64,000 nucleotides of DNA. Source: Escherichia phage W115. How positions within the stretch are numbered: position 1 is the first letter of the stretch; each line of letters begins with the position of its first letter. The stretch is from the sequence record ON286974, one strand, 5' to 3'. The translations under genes were made by a program, and so were the position numbers. Of this stretch, positions 19,923 to 27,214 are shown in pieces. The notes beneath the pieces are model-generated. The model saw nothing but the letters and a program-made list of their open reading frames with translations. It did not search any database and was not told where the DNA came from.

Positions 19923-20441
19923 TTAGTTATTTTTTAATTGCTCATCTTGCAATAGGGCAATCACATGCTGGCGATGTTCTTCCGATTGAGGCACACCGAA
20001 AAAGTTTGTTTTGTAGAAATACTCTAATCGGTCTTCTCGTGTGCTCTCTTCCATCATGATCGCGGGTAGTCCGAGATTTCGGAAACGTCGCTTTTCTGCT
20101 GGCGTAAAATCACTGTAATACAACATAGAATCATCATTACCAGCAATGCTAAACTCATCCTTCATAAAGGAGAATATTGCGTTTAAACGCTGTTTACCGT
20201 CCACGATTTCGATCTCATAGCGAGAGCCATCATCAATCTTAGCCATTGCGATAGCACCAACCGGAAAATCATTAATCAGGTTTTCGATAAACATACGTTT
20301 GTTTTCGGTGTCCCATACCAAAGGACGCTGATAATCTGGGTTCATGTTGATATAGCCATCTTCTAACCATGCATCATAAACAGAGATGACAAAGTTTTTA
20401 GTATTGGTATAGTAACGGCGTTTAGGCGTTAAACGGTTCAT
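19923..20441 (-). CDS. DUF262 / ParB-like domain protein (GmrSD N-terminal-like)
   Basis: Track ORF trimmed to ATG with AGGAGA RBS; NPDYQRPLVWD...FPVGAIAM...EIVDGKQRLNAIFSF matches the DUF262 signature (DGQQR-type). Confidence 0.65.
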   Translation of the reverse strand: MNRLTPKRRYYTNTKNFVISVYDAWLEDGYINMNPDYQRPLVWDTENKRMFIENLINDFPVGAIAMAKIDDGSRYEIEIVDGKQRLNAIFSFMKDEFSIAGNDDSMLYYSDFTPAEKRRFRNLGLPAIMMEESTREDRLEYFYKTNFFGVPQSEEHRQHVIALLQDEQLKNN

Positions 20442-20442
20442 G

Positions 20443-20775
20443 TTATAGTCTCCTGAATGGATCATCACGTAAATCAATATCTTTTAAGAACTCATCCCAT
20501 GAATGGCGGATATTGTTCTTAATTCTCCAGATAAGAGCAGGGATTGAACGCTCTCCCATCTGGAAGTATGGATCATATGATCCGTATGCCCAATATGCTA
20601 CTACAATTCCACAATCAGCGCAATAGTATTCTATTTCACTTGCTGGCGACCAAAGTCCATCAATATGATCGGTGATCTTGCTTTCGATGTTATGGCTATG
20701 ACAATCAGGGCAACGGATGCAATGACCTTGTTTATCGTAATTTGACGTTAGCGAATACTTAAACAATCTCATCAT
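20443..20775 (-). CDS. zinc-ribbon protein
   Basis: 110 aa; CIRCPDC ... CADC (two CxxC pairs); overlaps neighbours by 4 nt. Confidence 0.55.
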   Translation of the reverse strand: MMRLFKYSLTSNYDKQGHCIRCPDCHSHNIESKITDHIDGLWSPASEIEYYCADCGIVVAYWAYGSYDPYFQMGERSIPALIWRIKNNIRHSWDEFLKDIDLRDDPFRRL

Positions 20776-21488
20776 AGATCCTTATTGGCTTCAAATACTG
20801 CCTTTGCGAATCCTCGCGGGGTAAGTGACCTGATAGTCTTTGTTCTGGTTCCTTTCCCGCCTAGCTTAGAATGCTGTTTACTGTACCCTTTATTAATCTG
20901 CAACGGTTTCTTTTCTGGCATTATAAAGCCTTGTCCGGTCCATAAGCAAGTCTTTTTTGGGTACATATCACGGGCGGCAATATACTCAGGAAACGTAGGA
21001 TGTTTATCATCTTCCGGCAAATAACCGCCATATTCCCACGGATGGAACATGTAATCAGGCTTACGCCACATGCTAGAGATAACGCTTACAGGATTCTCTA
21101 TCATGTATGGAACTCCTAGCCATTCACCCAAATAAGCGGTTATTTTAGCTGCCCGTACATCATGAACTTGAATCAATGGTCCTTGTTCTCGTTTCTTTCG
21201 TTCAAAGTGCGCAGCGCCACTAACAGCTAAATTGGTGCACGGTGGGAATGCAAAGATAATATCCGGTTTCCCCCATTCAAGGTCCATTGCTCTTTCCAGC
21301 CAGTTCAAATCAATCCAGGTGTTTACATAGGTAATGTTTTGATGTTCAAATCTGGTATTATATTTTTTGTATGTACCGTGGTCGGCGTCATCCGCATTAA
21401 AGCAGACTACCTTATGACCTGCTTTAGCCCATTCTAGCCCCATTATCCCCGATCCGTCAAAGTTGCAGAATATTAATTTTTGTTTCAT
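20772..21488 (-). CDS. C5-cytosine methyltransferase-fold protein (minimal, atypical)
   Basis: 238 aa; motif I-like FDGSGIMG, motif IV-like FPPCTNLAVSG (PC dipeptide), motif VI-like IENPVS; no obvious target-recognition domain. Confidence 0.5.
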   Translation of the reverse strand: MKQKLIFCNFDGSGIMGLEWAKAGHKVVCFNADDADHGTYKKYNTRFEHQNITYVNTWIDLNWLERAMDLEWGKPDIIFAFPPCTNLAVSGAAHFERKKREQGPLIQVHDVRAAKITAYLGEWLGVPYMIENPVSVISSMWRKPDYMFHPWEYGGYLPEDDKHPTFPEYIAARDMYPKKTCLWTGQGFIMPEKKPLQINKGYSKQHSKLGGKGTRTKTIRSLTPRGFAKAVFEANKDL

Positions 21489-21730
21489 ATACGCCCCTTT
21501 AATCCAACACAGATTTTAGAAGGTTCTTTGCCGTGCCACATTAAGTAAATTCCGTTAGTACGGCCTTGTTTTGTATATGATTCTTTTCTGATCTTCTTAT
21601 AGTGTCGTGCTTCCTCAGCCGATTGTTTAGAATGTCGATCATAAAGGAAGAGGAACAAAGGCCACCCATTAGCGACCTTAATGCAGTTATTCAAAAATTC
21701 CTTATTTCGTTTAATTAATTTTCTTTTCAC
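21485..21730 (-). CDS. hypothetical basic protein (81 aa)
   Basis: Track ORF; 4-nt overlaps with neighbours indicate translational coupling. Confidence 0.5.
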   Translation of the reverse strand: MKRKLIKRNKEFLNNCIKVANGWPLFLFLYDRHSKQSAEEARHYKKIRKESYTKQGRTNGIYLMWHGKEPSKICVGLKGRI

Positions 21731-21978
21731 GCTGCCCCCATTGGTTTGATAGTAACAGAATCTAAAAGACCTTTGTTAGCCAGTTCGCGGCAAGTTTTCA
21801 GATCCGCAACTTCCCAGCCAGCCGCAATCAGGTTATCAATCAGGCTGTTAGCAATTTCTTCGCTCATGAAAGAGCACTGTTTGCCGATGGTGTAGCGTAC
21901 ACGCTGTAATTTCAGTTTACGGAAGCCTTTAACGTTCAGGTCTTTAGCGATTTTCTTTGCGGTTTCGATGTTAGCCAT
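21727..21978 (-). CDS. hypothetical protein (83 aa), first gene of the operon
   Basis: Track ORF directly downstream of PeSL 3. Confidence 0.5.
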   Translation of the reverse strand: MANIETAKKIAKDLNVKGFRKLKLQRVRYTIGKQCSFMSEEIANSLIDNLIAAGWEVADLKTCRELANKGLLDSVTIKPMGAA

Positions 21979-22014
21979 TGTTTGATTCTCCTAAGTGGTA
22001 TCTCGTCTTGATGG

Positions 22015-22050
22015 TTGTATTGTAGGGGAGTTATCCTCCCCTGTCAACAC
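22015..22050 (-). promoter_or_regulatory. PeSL early promoter cassette 3
   Basis: TTGACA - palindrome AGGGGAGGATAACTCCCC - TACAAT; conserved leader and GGAGAATCAAA. Confidence 0.55.
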
Positions 22051-22061
22051 TTTTTATAAAA

Positions 22062-22229
22062 TTATTTGTTAATTTCTGGTGCGTTGCTCGGATAGTAACC
22101 TTCTTTAACACCCAGATATTTTGCAACCATCCCTACAATCTTCTGTGCTACTACAATGTCAAATTTCAGATAATCTTCGCCGTGGGTTTCAATGATATAT
22201 GCTTCACATGCTGCTTTAGTCTCGAACAT
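22062..22229 (-). CDS. small hypothetical protein (55 aa), duplicate of 25849..26016
   Basis: Manual ORF MFETKAACEAYIIETHGEDYLKFDIVVAQKI...; same length and near-identical sequence to the 25849..26016 ORF, by eye. Confidence 0.45.
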   Translation of the reverse strand: MFETKAACEAYIIETHGEDYLKFDIVVAQKIVGMVAKYLGVKEGYYPSNAPEINK

Positions 22230-22259
22230 TTTGATTCTCCTATTTCGTTTCGGTATGTG

Positions 22260-22295
22260 TGTAGTATAGGGGATCTCCCGATCCCCGTCAACAAC
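22260..22295 (-). promoter_or_regulatory. PeSL early promoter cassette 4
   Basis: GTTGAC - palindrome GGGGATCGGGAGATCCCC - TATACT; conserved leader. Confidence 0.6.
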
Positions 22296-22305
22296 TTTTT
22301 TAAAA

Positions 22306-22587
22306 TTATTCGTGATTAGTTTCGATGTTATACATTTTGCACCAGTTCAGCCAATCACCCAGATCCTGATAGTTGATGCTTTTATCTGCTGCCATCGTTT
22401 TTGTCTTGATACCCATATGTGCGTTATGAGTAAGCATTTTTACAGTGAACTCAATTTTATCGCCTTTAGCTTTAACATCAACCAGTTTGGTCCACTGGCT
22501 ACCAGCGCCGCGAATGTTCATACCAACGATGTTTCCGATGTATGCTTCTTTGTTTTTCAGGATTTCGGTTGCTTTGATGAATTTCAT
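22306..22587 (-). CDS. hypothetical protein (93 aa)
   Basis: Track ORF after PeSL 5. Confidence 0.55.
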   Translation of the reverse strand: MKFIKATEILKNKEAYIGNIVGMNIRGAGSQWTKLVDVKAKGDKIEFTVKMLTHNAHMGIKTKTMAADKSINYQDLGDWLNWCKMYNIETNHE

Positions 22588-22614
22588 TTTTGATTCTCCA
22601 GTTCGTTTCGGTAT

Positions 22615-22655
22615 GGGTGTATTATGCTATGTTCTTACTTTGGTGTCAACAACTT
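22615..22655 (-). promoter_or_regulatory. PeSL-type early promoter 5 (no strong stem)
   Basis: TTGACA ... TAATAC, CCGAAACGAA leader, GGAGAATCAAA before ATG. Confidence 0.5.
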
Positions 22656-22660
22656 TTTTT

Positions 22661-22930
22661 TTAGATATTTTCAGAAATAAATTTTAAAACTTGACGTAAA
22701 TGTTTCTCATCTTTGATAGTTGCCGGAAGTTCTTCTTTTACTTCCTGTGCAAGATAGATATTTCCGTTCCAAGTGAAAGATCCGTCTTCGTTTACTCGAT
22801 AGCTGAACATCCACTCGCAATCATTTTCGATTTCATATACACACAGAAGGGTGTAATCGTTAAAGCTATTGATTTCAATGTCGAAGCCGTGACGTTTTGC
22901 AAAGTTGGTAGTGGTTTTAGTCAGTGCCAT
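22661..22930 (-). CDS. hypothetical protein (89 aa)
   Basis: Track ORF after PeSL 6. Confidence 0.55.
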   Translation of the reverse strand: MALTKTTTNFAKRHGFDIEINSFNDYTLLCVYEIENDCEWMFSYRVNEDGSFTWNGNIYLAQEVKEELPATIKDEKHLRQVLKFISENI

Positions 22931-22964
22931 TGTTTGATTCTCCTAAGTGGTATCTCGTTTCGAT

Positions 22965-23005
22965 GTGTGTATTATGCTATGGGCGTGATCTGGTGTCAAC
23001 AACTT
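22965..23005 (-). promoter_or_regulatory. PeSL-type early promoter 6
   Basis: TTGACA ... TAATAC with CGAAACGAGATAC leader and GGAGAATCAAA. Confidence 0.5.
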
Positions 23006-23026
23006 TTTTAAATTTTTGGAAATAAA

Positions 23027-23057
23027 AAGCCGACACTAAGGTCGGCACATTTAAAAA
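23027..23057 (-). terminator. intrinsic terminator
   Basis: gccgacc-ttagt-gtcggc hairpin plus T-run on the minus strand. Confidence 0.55.
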
Positions 23058-23335
23058 TTCTTGCTATATATGCAAGCCTCATAATCTAGAGGATGACCGC
23101 CAATCCTACCAGGCTTAATATTCCAACCGCATCGATATTTGCTGACCATGCTAACCGTTTCGGTTCTTAGAGCATTTCTTTGCAAATCATACCCCCTAAA
23201 TTCTTGTCTATAAGGACAGTCCGCTTTGCAAGTTGGTGGTTCTACGTCATTTAGCGGGTCAGAAGCAGTTGGCTTTATTATCAATTCTTTGTTTGCAATA
23301 ATCATAAGCACATCCCATTGAAGACAATTTAACAT
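23051..23335 (-). CDS. hypothetical Cys-containing protein
   Basis: Track ORF 23051..23368 trimmed to first ATG; overlaps the upstream small ORF in another frame, so the start is uncertain. Confidence 0.35.
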   Translation of the reverse strand: MLNCLQWDVLMIIANKELIIKPTASDPLNDVEPPTCKADCPYRQEFRGYDLQRNALRTETVSMVSKYRCGWNIKPGRIGGHPLDYEACIYSKNF

Positions 23336-23438
23336 CTTCGCAATAAGTGTTGAATCCGTCAAATACAATCACTTCGTATTTGACTCCATCGGCGATAGCT
23401 TTTACTTTATACCATCCATGCTTGTATAAAATCTTCAT
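23259..23438 (-). CDS. small hypothetical protein (59 aa)
   Basis: Track ORF trimmed to ATG with GAGGGA RBS, directly after PeSL 7. Confidence 0.4.
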   Translation of the reverse strand: MKILYKHGWYKVKAIADGVKYEVIVFDGFNTYCEDVKLSSMGCAYDYCKQRIDNKANCF

Positions 23439-23464
23439 CTTTATTTCCCTCAATCTCGTTTCGA

Positions 23465-23505
23465 TGTGTGTATTATGCTATAGGCTAGACCAGGTTGTCA
23501 ACAAC
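23465..23505 (-). promoter_or_regulatory. PeSL-type early promoter 7
   Basis: TTGACA ... TAATAC, CGAAACGAG leader. Confidence 0.5.
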
Positions 23506-23519
23506 TTTTTTAAAATTTT

Positions 23520-23553
23520 ATGCAATAAAAAAGCCGACACTAAGGTCGGCTAA
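23520..23553 (-). terminator. intrinsic terminator (near-copy of the 23027 element)
   Basis: gccgacc-ttagt-gtcggc hairpin plus T-run. Confidence 0.55.
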
Positions 23554-23558
23554 TAAAA

Positions 23559-23867
23559 TCATTTAGACAAATAATCTTTCAGTGCAATCCGGTCGGCATG
23601 TTCCGGCGTTACGTCAATCGCAATCACTTTAACTCGTGCTTTCTTGCGACCTGGGTTTTCTCGTAACCAGTGCTCATGACCGTGAACATTTTTATACTGC
23701 GATGCTTCTTCGAAGGTACGGATCGGACCTGGGTAATCAGCGTAAAGGATCTCTAGATCTTCGGTGATGTAAAAATATACATCGTAATTGCTGTTCTCTA
23801 GTTTAAGCAGAGACTTTCGGAACATTGGGAGATTTTCGCGGGTAAATTCAAAGATATTATCTTTCAT
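23559..23867 (-). CDS. small protein family member A (HxHW ... V-I-A-I-D-V motif)
   Basis: 102 aa; ...VYFYITEDLEILYADY...HGHEHW...VKVIAIDV...; shares its C-terminal motif with five other ORFs in this region. Confidence 0.6.
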   Translation of the reverse strand: MKDNIFEFTRENLPMFRKSLLKLENSNYDVYFYITEDLEILYADYPGPIRTFEEASQYKNVHGHEHWLRENPGRKKARVKVIAIDVTPEHADRIALKDYLSK

Positions 23868-23885
23868 AGTATTATCCTCAATAGT

Positions 23886-23915
23886 TGGATGAAAAGGGGG
23901 GCTTAACGCCCCGTA
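23886..23915 (-). terminator. intrinsic terminator
   Basis: ggggggcttaacgcccc hairpin plus T-run on the minus strand. Confidence 0.5.
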
Positions 23916-23917
23916 TA

Positions 23918-24205
23918 TTAAAACAGTCCTTCCTGTACACCGTAGTAGAGTTCATCGCTGATAATTTCATTAATGCGACGGTGTGCATATTCCTGATTTG
24001 CGAAGTTATCAGCAAGTTCTACTTTAGTTTCTCCGTCATGAGTCCATTTAGTGATAACTTTACCATCTGCAAATTTGAAGTTGAACTCTTTAGCTACTGC
24101 ATCGCGTACCAGACGTGCGAACTTGTTATTACGGATTGCATTATCGGTTTCGTGTGCAGCGTGAGCGAATTTGTTAACTTTCAGAGTGATAGTAATGTAT
24201 GCCAT
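23918..24205 (-). CDS. hypothetical protein (95 aa), paralog of 27215..27526
   Basis: Shares ...RNNKFARLVRDAVAKEFNFK... with ...KNATLIREVRKALAKEFNTK... in the 27215 ORF. Confidence 0.55.
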   Translation of the reverse strand: MAYITITLKVNKFAHAAHETDNAIRNNKFARLVRDAVAKEFNFKFADGKVITKWTHDGETKVELADNFANQEYAHRRINEIISDELYYGVQEGLF

Positions 24206-24244
24206 AATTTGATTCTCCTAGTTAGAAAGTGTATCTCGTTTCGA

Positions 24245-24285
24245 TGGGTGTATTATGCTATACACCCTCTCGCGTGTCAACACTT
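24245..24285 (-). promoter_or_regulatory. PeSL early promoter cassette 8
   Basis: TTGACA ... inverted repeat GGGTGTAT/ATACACCC with -10 TAATAC in the loop; conserved leader. Confidence 0.55.
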
Positions 24286-24286
24286 T

Positions 24287-24565
24287 TTATAAAATAATTT
24301 TTTGATATTTTTCTATGATGTTTGTGTAATCCACATCAACCGCTATCACCGTTGCTTCGAATCCACCGTTTAGCCAATGGCTATGGTCATGATCGTGAAA
24401 GAAACCAAGACCAGTACGAAGACCTTCTTTATATTCGGCGCGTACATTTAGATCATCATCGATAAACAGATAAAACCATGAATTTTTACTAGGATTGATG
24501 ATACAACCTTTCAGATTAGGGAGAATATCACGACTAAGAATAAACTTATCACCTACTTTGAACAT
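24287..24565 (-). CDS. small protein family member B (HxHW motif)
   Basis: Trimmed to ATG with GAGGA RBS; ...WFYLFIDDDLNVRAEY...HDHSHW...TVIAVDV... Confidence 0.6.
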   Translation of the reverse strand: MFKVGDKFILSRDILPNLKGCIINPSKNSWFYLFIDDDLNVRAEYKEGLRTGLGFFHDHDHSHWLNGGFEATVIAVDVDYTNIIEKYQKIIL

Positions 24566-24569
24566 AATA

Positions 24570-24890
24570 TTAGTCCTCATTTATAAGGTCAAACCAATTG
24601 TTTTTCGCATAATGCTTAATGCGTGCTTGATCTGCTTCCGCTGGTGATAGATTCCATGCAACCACTACAACTTCTGACGCATCGTCATCCGTTTCTGATA
24701 CCCAATGATTGTGATTCATACAGTTATTTGCGATCGAGTGAGCAAATGATTTCATCACTGGAGACGTATAATCATAGTAACGGATTTTCAGATTTTCATC
24801 AACGTACAAATAGATCGTATAAGGTTTATATTCAGTAACCAGTAACAGACAGTTACGCAATTCTGGGAAAATCTTTTTAGTTAATTTCAT
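24570..24890 (-). CDS. small protein family member C (HxHW motif, divergent C-terminus)
   Basis: Trimmed to ATG (MKLTKKIF...) with GAGGA RBS; ...IYLYVDENLKIRYYDY...NHNHW...VVVVAWN... Confidence 0.55.
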   Translation of the reverse strand: MKLTKKIFPELRNCLLLVTEYKPYTIYLYVDENLKIRYYDYTSPVMKSFAHSIANNCMNHNHWVSETDDDASEVVVVAWNLSPAEADQARIKHYAKNNWFDLINED

Positions 24891-24891
24891 T

Positions 24892-25110
24892 TTATAATCC
24901 TCGGTCGCGGCTATAGTACACGGTACGCCATACAATTTCATGTTTCGTGTCGCTCCAGCACACGATCTCATTTACTCTTAAATCTTTGTTATCAACAAAA
25001 GATGAACATTGTGACGCTTCTTTCATCATTTTATCTGCTGTTTTCTCATCAAATACAGCACAGATTTCTTTATACACTCGATAATCTTTGAATTGACTCT
25101 GAATACCCAT
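24892..25110 (-). CDS. small hypothetical protein, paralog of 25070..25333
   Basis: MGIQSQFKDYRVYKEI...KMMKEASQCSSF aligns with MSKFKEYKAYQQI...KMMEDASKCPSF; start uncertain. Confidence 0.4.
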   Translation of the reverse strand: MGIQSQFKDYRVYKEICAVFDEKTADKMMKEASQCSSFVDNKDLRVNEIVCWSDTKHEIVWRTVYYSRDRGL

Positions 25111-25333
25111 AATTAACACCATTCCAACCAATTGTTTTTGAGAAAACGTTTATCCACTGTTGAGTGTAACATGTTTCTTTCCATGATACAATACGAGTAG
25201 AATAATGGTTTTTGTTTCCAGAAAAGGACGGGCATTTTGATGCATCTTCCATCATCTTTTCGGCGAACTCTGGTGCGTATACTCGCAGGATCTGTTGATA
25301 TGCTTTGTATTCTTTAAATTTGCTCATAATCAT
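25070..25333 (-). CDS. small hypothetical protein, paralog of 24892..25110
   Basis: Track ORF; tandem duplicate of the downstream ORF. Confidence 0.45.
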   Translation of the reverse strand: MIMSKFKEYKAYQQILRVYAPEFAEKMMEDASKCPSFSGNKNHYSTRIVSWKETCYTQQWINVFSKTIGWNGVNYGYSESIQRLSSV

Positions 25334-25592
25334 TCACTACCTTATCAGCTTCTTTTGTTGTTTTTACATCAACTGCGATAACTCGTAAAGGTTCGTCATG
25401 GTTCCACCAGTGGTCATGAATATCAGCTTGTGATTTATCACCAAAGGAATCACGAATATCATTTTTACATTTATAGCTAATGTGACCTTCATAGTCAACA
25501 TAAAGGTAATTATCGAAAATCGGCGTTTTTAAGATCATACCGAAAAATCTTTCTTTGTGTGTCTTATCCAGCGTTGCAGTAATTCGCATCAT
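25314..25592 (-). CDS. small protein family member D (HxHW motif)
   Basis: 92 aa; ...NYLYVDYEGHISY...HDHWW...LRVIAVDV...; AAGAGGA RBS. Confidence 0.6.
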   Translation of the reverse strand: MMRITATLDKTHKERFFGMILKTPIFDNYLYVDYEGHISYKCKNDIRDSFGDKSQADIHDHWWNHDEPLRVIAVDVKTTKEADKVVNDYEQI

Positions 25593-25604
25593 AATATATT
25601 CCTC

Positions 25605-25784
25605 TTAGAAAGGGATGGTCATTTCTTGAGCTTGTACATTCTCGTTAGGATTAAACTTCATCCAGCCGATATTGTCTACCAGCATATGCACATTTTTATC
25701 ATATCCTACGTGAGTAGTCAACACTAAATGTGCTTTATCTTCAATGATGAGTTCCATGTACTTCTGAACTTCGATAGCTTTCAT
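25605..25784 (-). CDS. small hypothetical protein (59 aa)
   Basis: Manual ORF MKAIEVQKYMELIIEDK... directly after PeSL 9. Confidence 0.35.
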   Translation of the reverse strand: MKAIEVQKYMELIIEDKAHLVLTTHVGYDKNVHMLVDNIGWMKFNPNENVQAQEMTIPF

Positions 25785-25807
25785 TTTGATTCTCCGTTTG
25801 TTGTCTT

Positions 25808-25848
25808 GATGGGAGTATCTTACTACTCCCTTTAATCATTGTCAACTA
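25808..25848 (-). promoter_or_regulatory. PeSL early promoter cassette 9
   Basis: TTGACA ... inverted repeat GGGAGTA-GTAAGA-TACTCCC with -10-like TAAGAT in the loop; GGAGAATCAAA before ATG. Confidence 0.55.
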
Positions 25849-26016
25849 TTATTTGTTAATTTCTGGTGCGTTGCTCGGATAGTAACCTTCTTTAACACCA
25901 AGATATTTTGCAACCATTCCGGTGATCTTCTGTGCTACTACGATATCGAATTTCAGGTAGTCTTCACCGTGGTTTGCTACAATGTACGCTTCGCATTCTG
26001 CTTTAGTCTGGAACAT
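25849..26016 (-). CDS. small hypothetical protein (55 aa), duplicate of 22062..22229
   Basis: Track ORF trimmed: the N-terminal MLTGDHRSPI... is read-through of the PeSL; real start MFQTKAECEAYIVANHGEDYLKFDIVVAQKI... Confidence 0.5.
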   Translation of the reverse strand: MFQTKAECEAYIVANHGEDYLKFDIVVAQKITGMVAKYLGVKEGYYPSNAPEINK

Positions 26017-26047
26017 TTTTGATTCTCCTATATCTCGTTGGTATGTG

Positions 26048-26082
26048 TGCATTATAGGGGATCGGTGATCCCCTGTCAACAA
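26048..26082 (-). promoter_or_regulatory. PeSL early promoter cassette 10
   Basis: TTGACA - palindrome GGGGATCACCGATCCCC - TATAAT; conserved leader. Confidence 0.6.
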
Positions 26083-26084
26083 CT

Positions 26085-26378
26085 TTATAATGCTTTATAT
26101 GCGTATTTCATAAATTTGTCTGCCACTTCATTGGCATGTTCAGATTCTACGCCTGATTCGAGAACAATAGCTAGGTCGGTTTCGTCATTCCCGCCGTACC
26201 AATGATTTGATGTTCGATTTTTTTCAATTGGAAATTGGTCACTTTTATCTGTGCGACAAAATACATCTAAATGCTCGTCGATGTAAAAGATCCAATCTTC
26301 ATAAAGAATAACGGTATTAGCAAGATTTTTATTGCCTTCAACGAAAGGTTCGGCTACAAACAAATTAGTATGTTCCAT
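26085..26378 (-). CDS. small protein family member E (degenerate N-HW motif)
   Basis: Trimmed to ATG (MEHTNLFV...) with GAGGAAAA RBS; ...WIFYIDEHLDVF...SNHWYGG...LAIVLESGV... Confidence 0.55.
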   Translation of the reverse strand: MEHTNLFVAEPFVEGNKNLANTVILYEDWIFYIDEHLDVFCRTDKSDQFPIEKNRTSNHWYGGNDETDLAIVLESGVESEHANEVADKFMKYAYKAL

Positions 26379-26394
26379 AGTATTTTCCTCAAAA

Positions 26395-26586
26395 TTATAC
26401 AGCTTCGTAAACTTCCCAATGTCCAACACCAGCACGCTTAACGAAAAGGTTTTCTTTGATGTTATTCATAAACGTCTGGATGGATTTAATGCGGTTTGAA
26501 GGTTTCCATTCTTCGTTTGCATTGCGTCGATACATCATAACATTACCAGTTCGCTTATATTCAGCAACCATTTTAAGACCACACAT
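26395..26586 (-). CDS. hypothetical protein (63 aa)
   Basis: Track ORF; GAGGATAA RBS. Confidence 0.5.
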   Translation of the reverse strand: MCGLKMVAEYKRTGNVMMYRRNANEEWKPSNRIKSIQTFMNNIKENLFVKRAGVGHWEVYEAV

Positions 26587-26643
26587 AATATTATCCTCAA
26601 TTTGTGGGAGAGTATTACCCCTCCCAATGATTGTTATGTTATA

Positions 26644-26946
26644 TCACACAAAATGGCGTGTCAATGCTTCTTTTGCGGTTCCGCTAAGATTCTCGATCTC
26701 TCCTGGCATAACATCAACCGCAAGAACTTCTACAACATCCTCTGATCCTAACCAGTGAGTATGACCTTTGTAGAACTTGATATCCCATTTATCGCTATCG
26801 CTAGCCCACCACACATCACCGTCGATAAAGTTGATGTAAAGCACACTACGCCACATTGAATTAATTACTTTCAATACTGCGCCTTTCATCTCTTCCACGG
26901 TGTGGTCTTCCATTTTGAAGACCTCGCCTACCTTAACTTTTGCCAT
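26644..26946 (-). CDS. small protein family member F (HxHW motif)
   Basis: 100 aa; ...VLYINFIDGDVWW...HTHW...VEVLAVDV...; AGAGAGGTGA RBS. Confidence 0.6.
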   Translation of the reverse strand: MAKVKVGEVFKMEDHTVEEMKGAVLKVINSMWRSVLYINFIDGDVWWASDSDKWDIKFYKGHTHWLGSEDVVEVLAVDVMPGEIENLSGTAKEALTRHFV

Positions 26947-26963
26947 TTAGTCACCTCTCTTTA

Positions 26964-27143
26964 TTACATAACAATCACGCCAGCCGTTGAAAGTTGATGT
27001 TTCAACTGAGCATTTTCTGCTACCGTCAAATCAATGATTTCTTGTGACGCTGCAATCATATAGCCATTGGTGATATTGTTTTGCATCAGTTCAATGGTTT
27101 CTTCGTTGTAGCGGATTTTAGCGATGATTTCGTTGAAGTTCAT
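26964..27143 (-). CDS. small hypothetical protein (59 aa)
   Basis: Track ORF trimmed to remove promoter read-through (MLTGDHRSPI...); real start MNFNEIIAK... Confidence 0.45.
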   Translation of the reverse strand: MNFNEIIAKIRYNEETIELMQNNITNGYMIAASQEIIDLTVAENAQLKHQLSTAGVIVM

Positions 27144-27174
27144 AATTGATTCTCCTAGTTCGTTTCGGTATGTG

Positions 27175-27210
27175 TGTAGTATAGGGGATCGGTGATCCCC
27201 TGTCAACAAC
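27175..27210 (-). promoter_or_regulatory. PeSL early promoter cassette 11
   Basis: TTGACA - palindrome GGGGATCACCGATCCCC - TATACT; leader nearly identical to cassette 4. Confidence 0.6.
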
Positions 27211-27214
27211 TTTT

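Noticed and set aside
25849-26082. N-terminal extensions MLTGDHRSPI... / MLTGDRRSPT... on several track ORFs (also 26964..27209, 62240..62458, 38276..38506)
   Set aside because: These residues are the translation of the PeSL promoter itself (TTGACAGGGGATCACCGATCCCC read as LTGDHRSPI) from a non-ATG start; the real starts are the downstream ATG after GGAGAATCAAA
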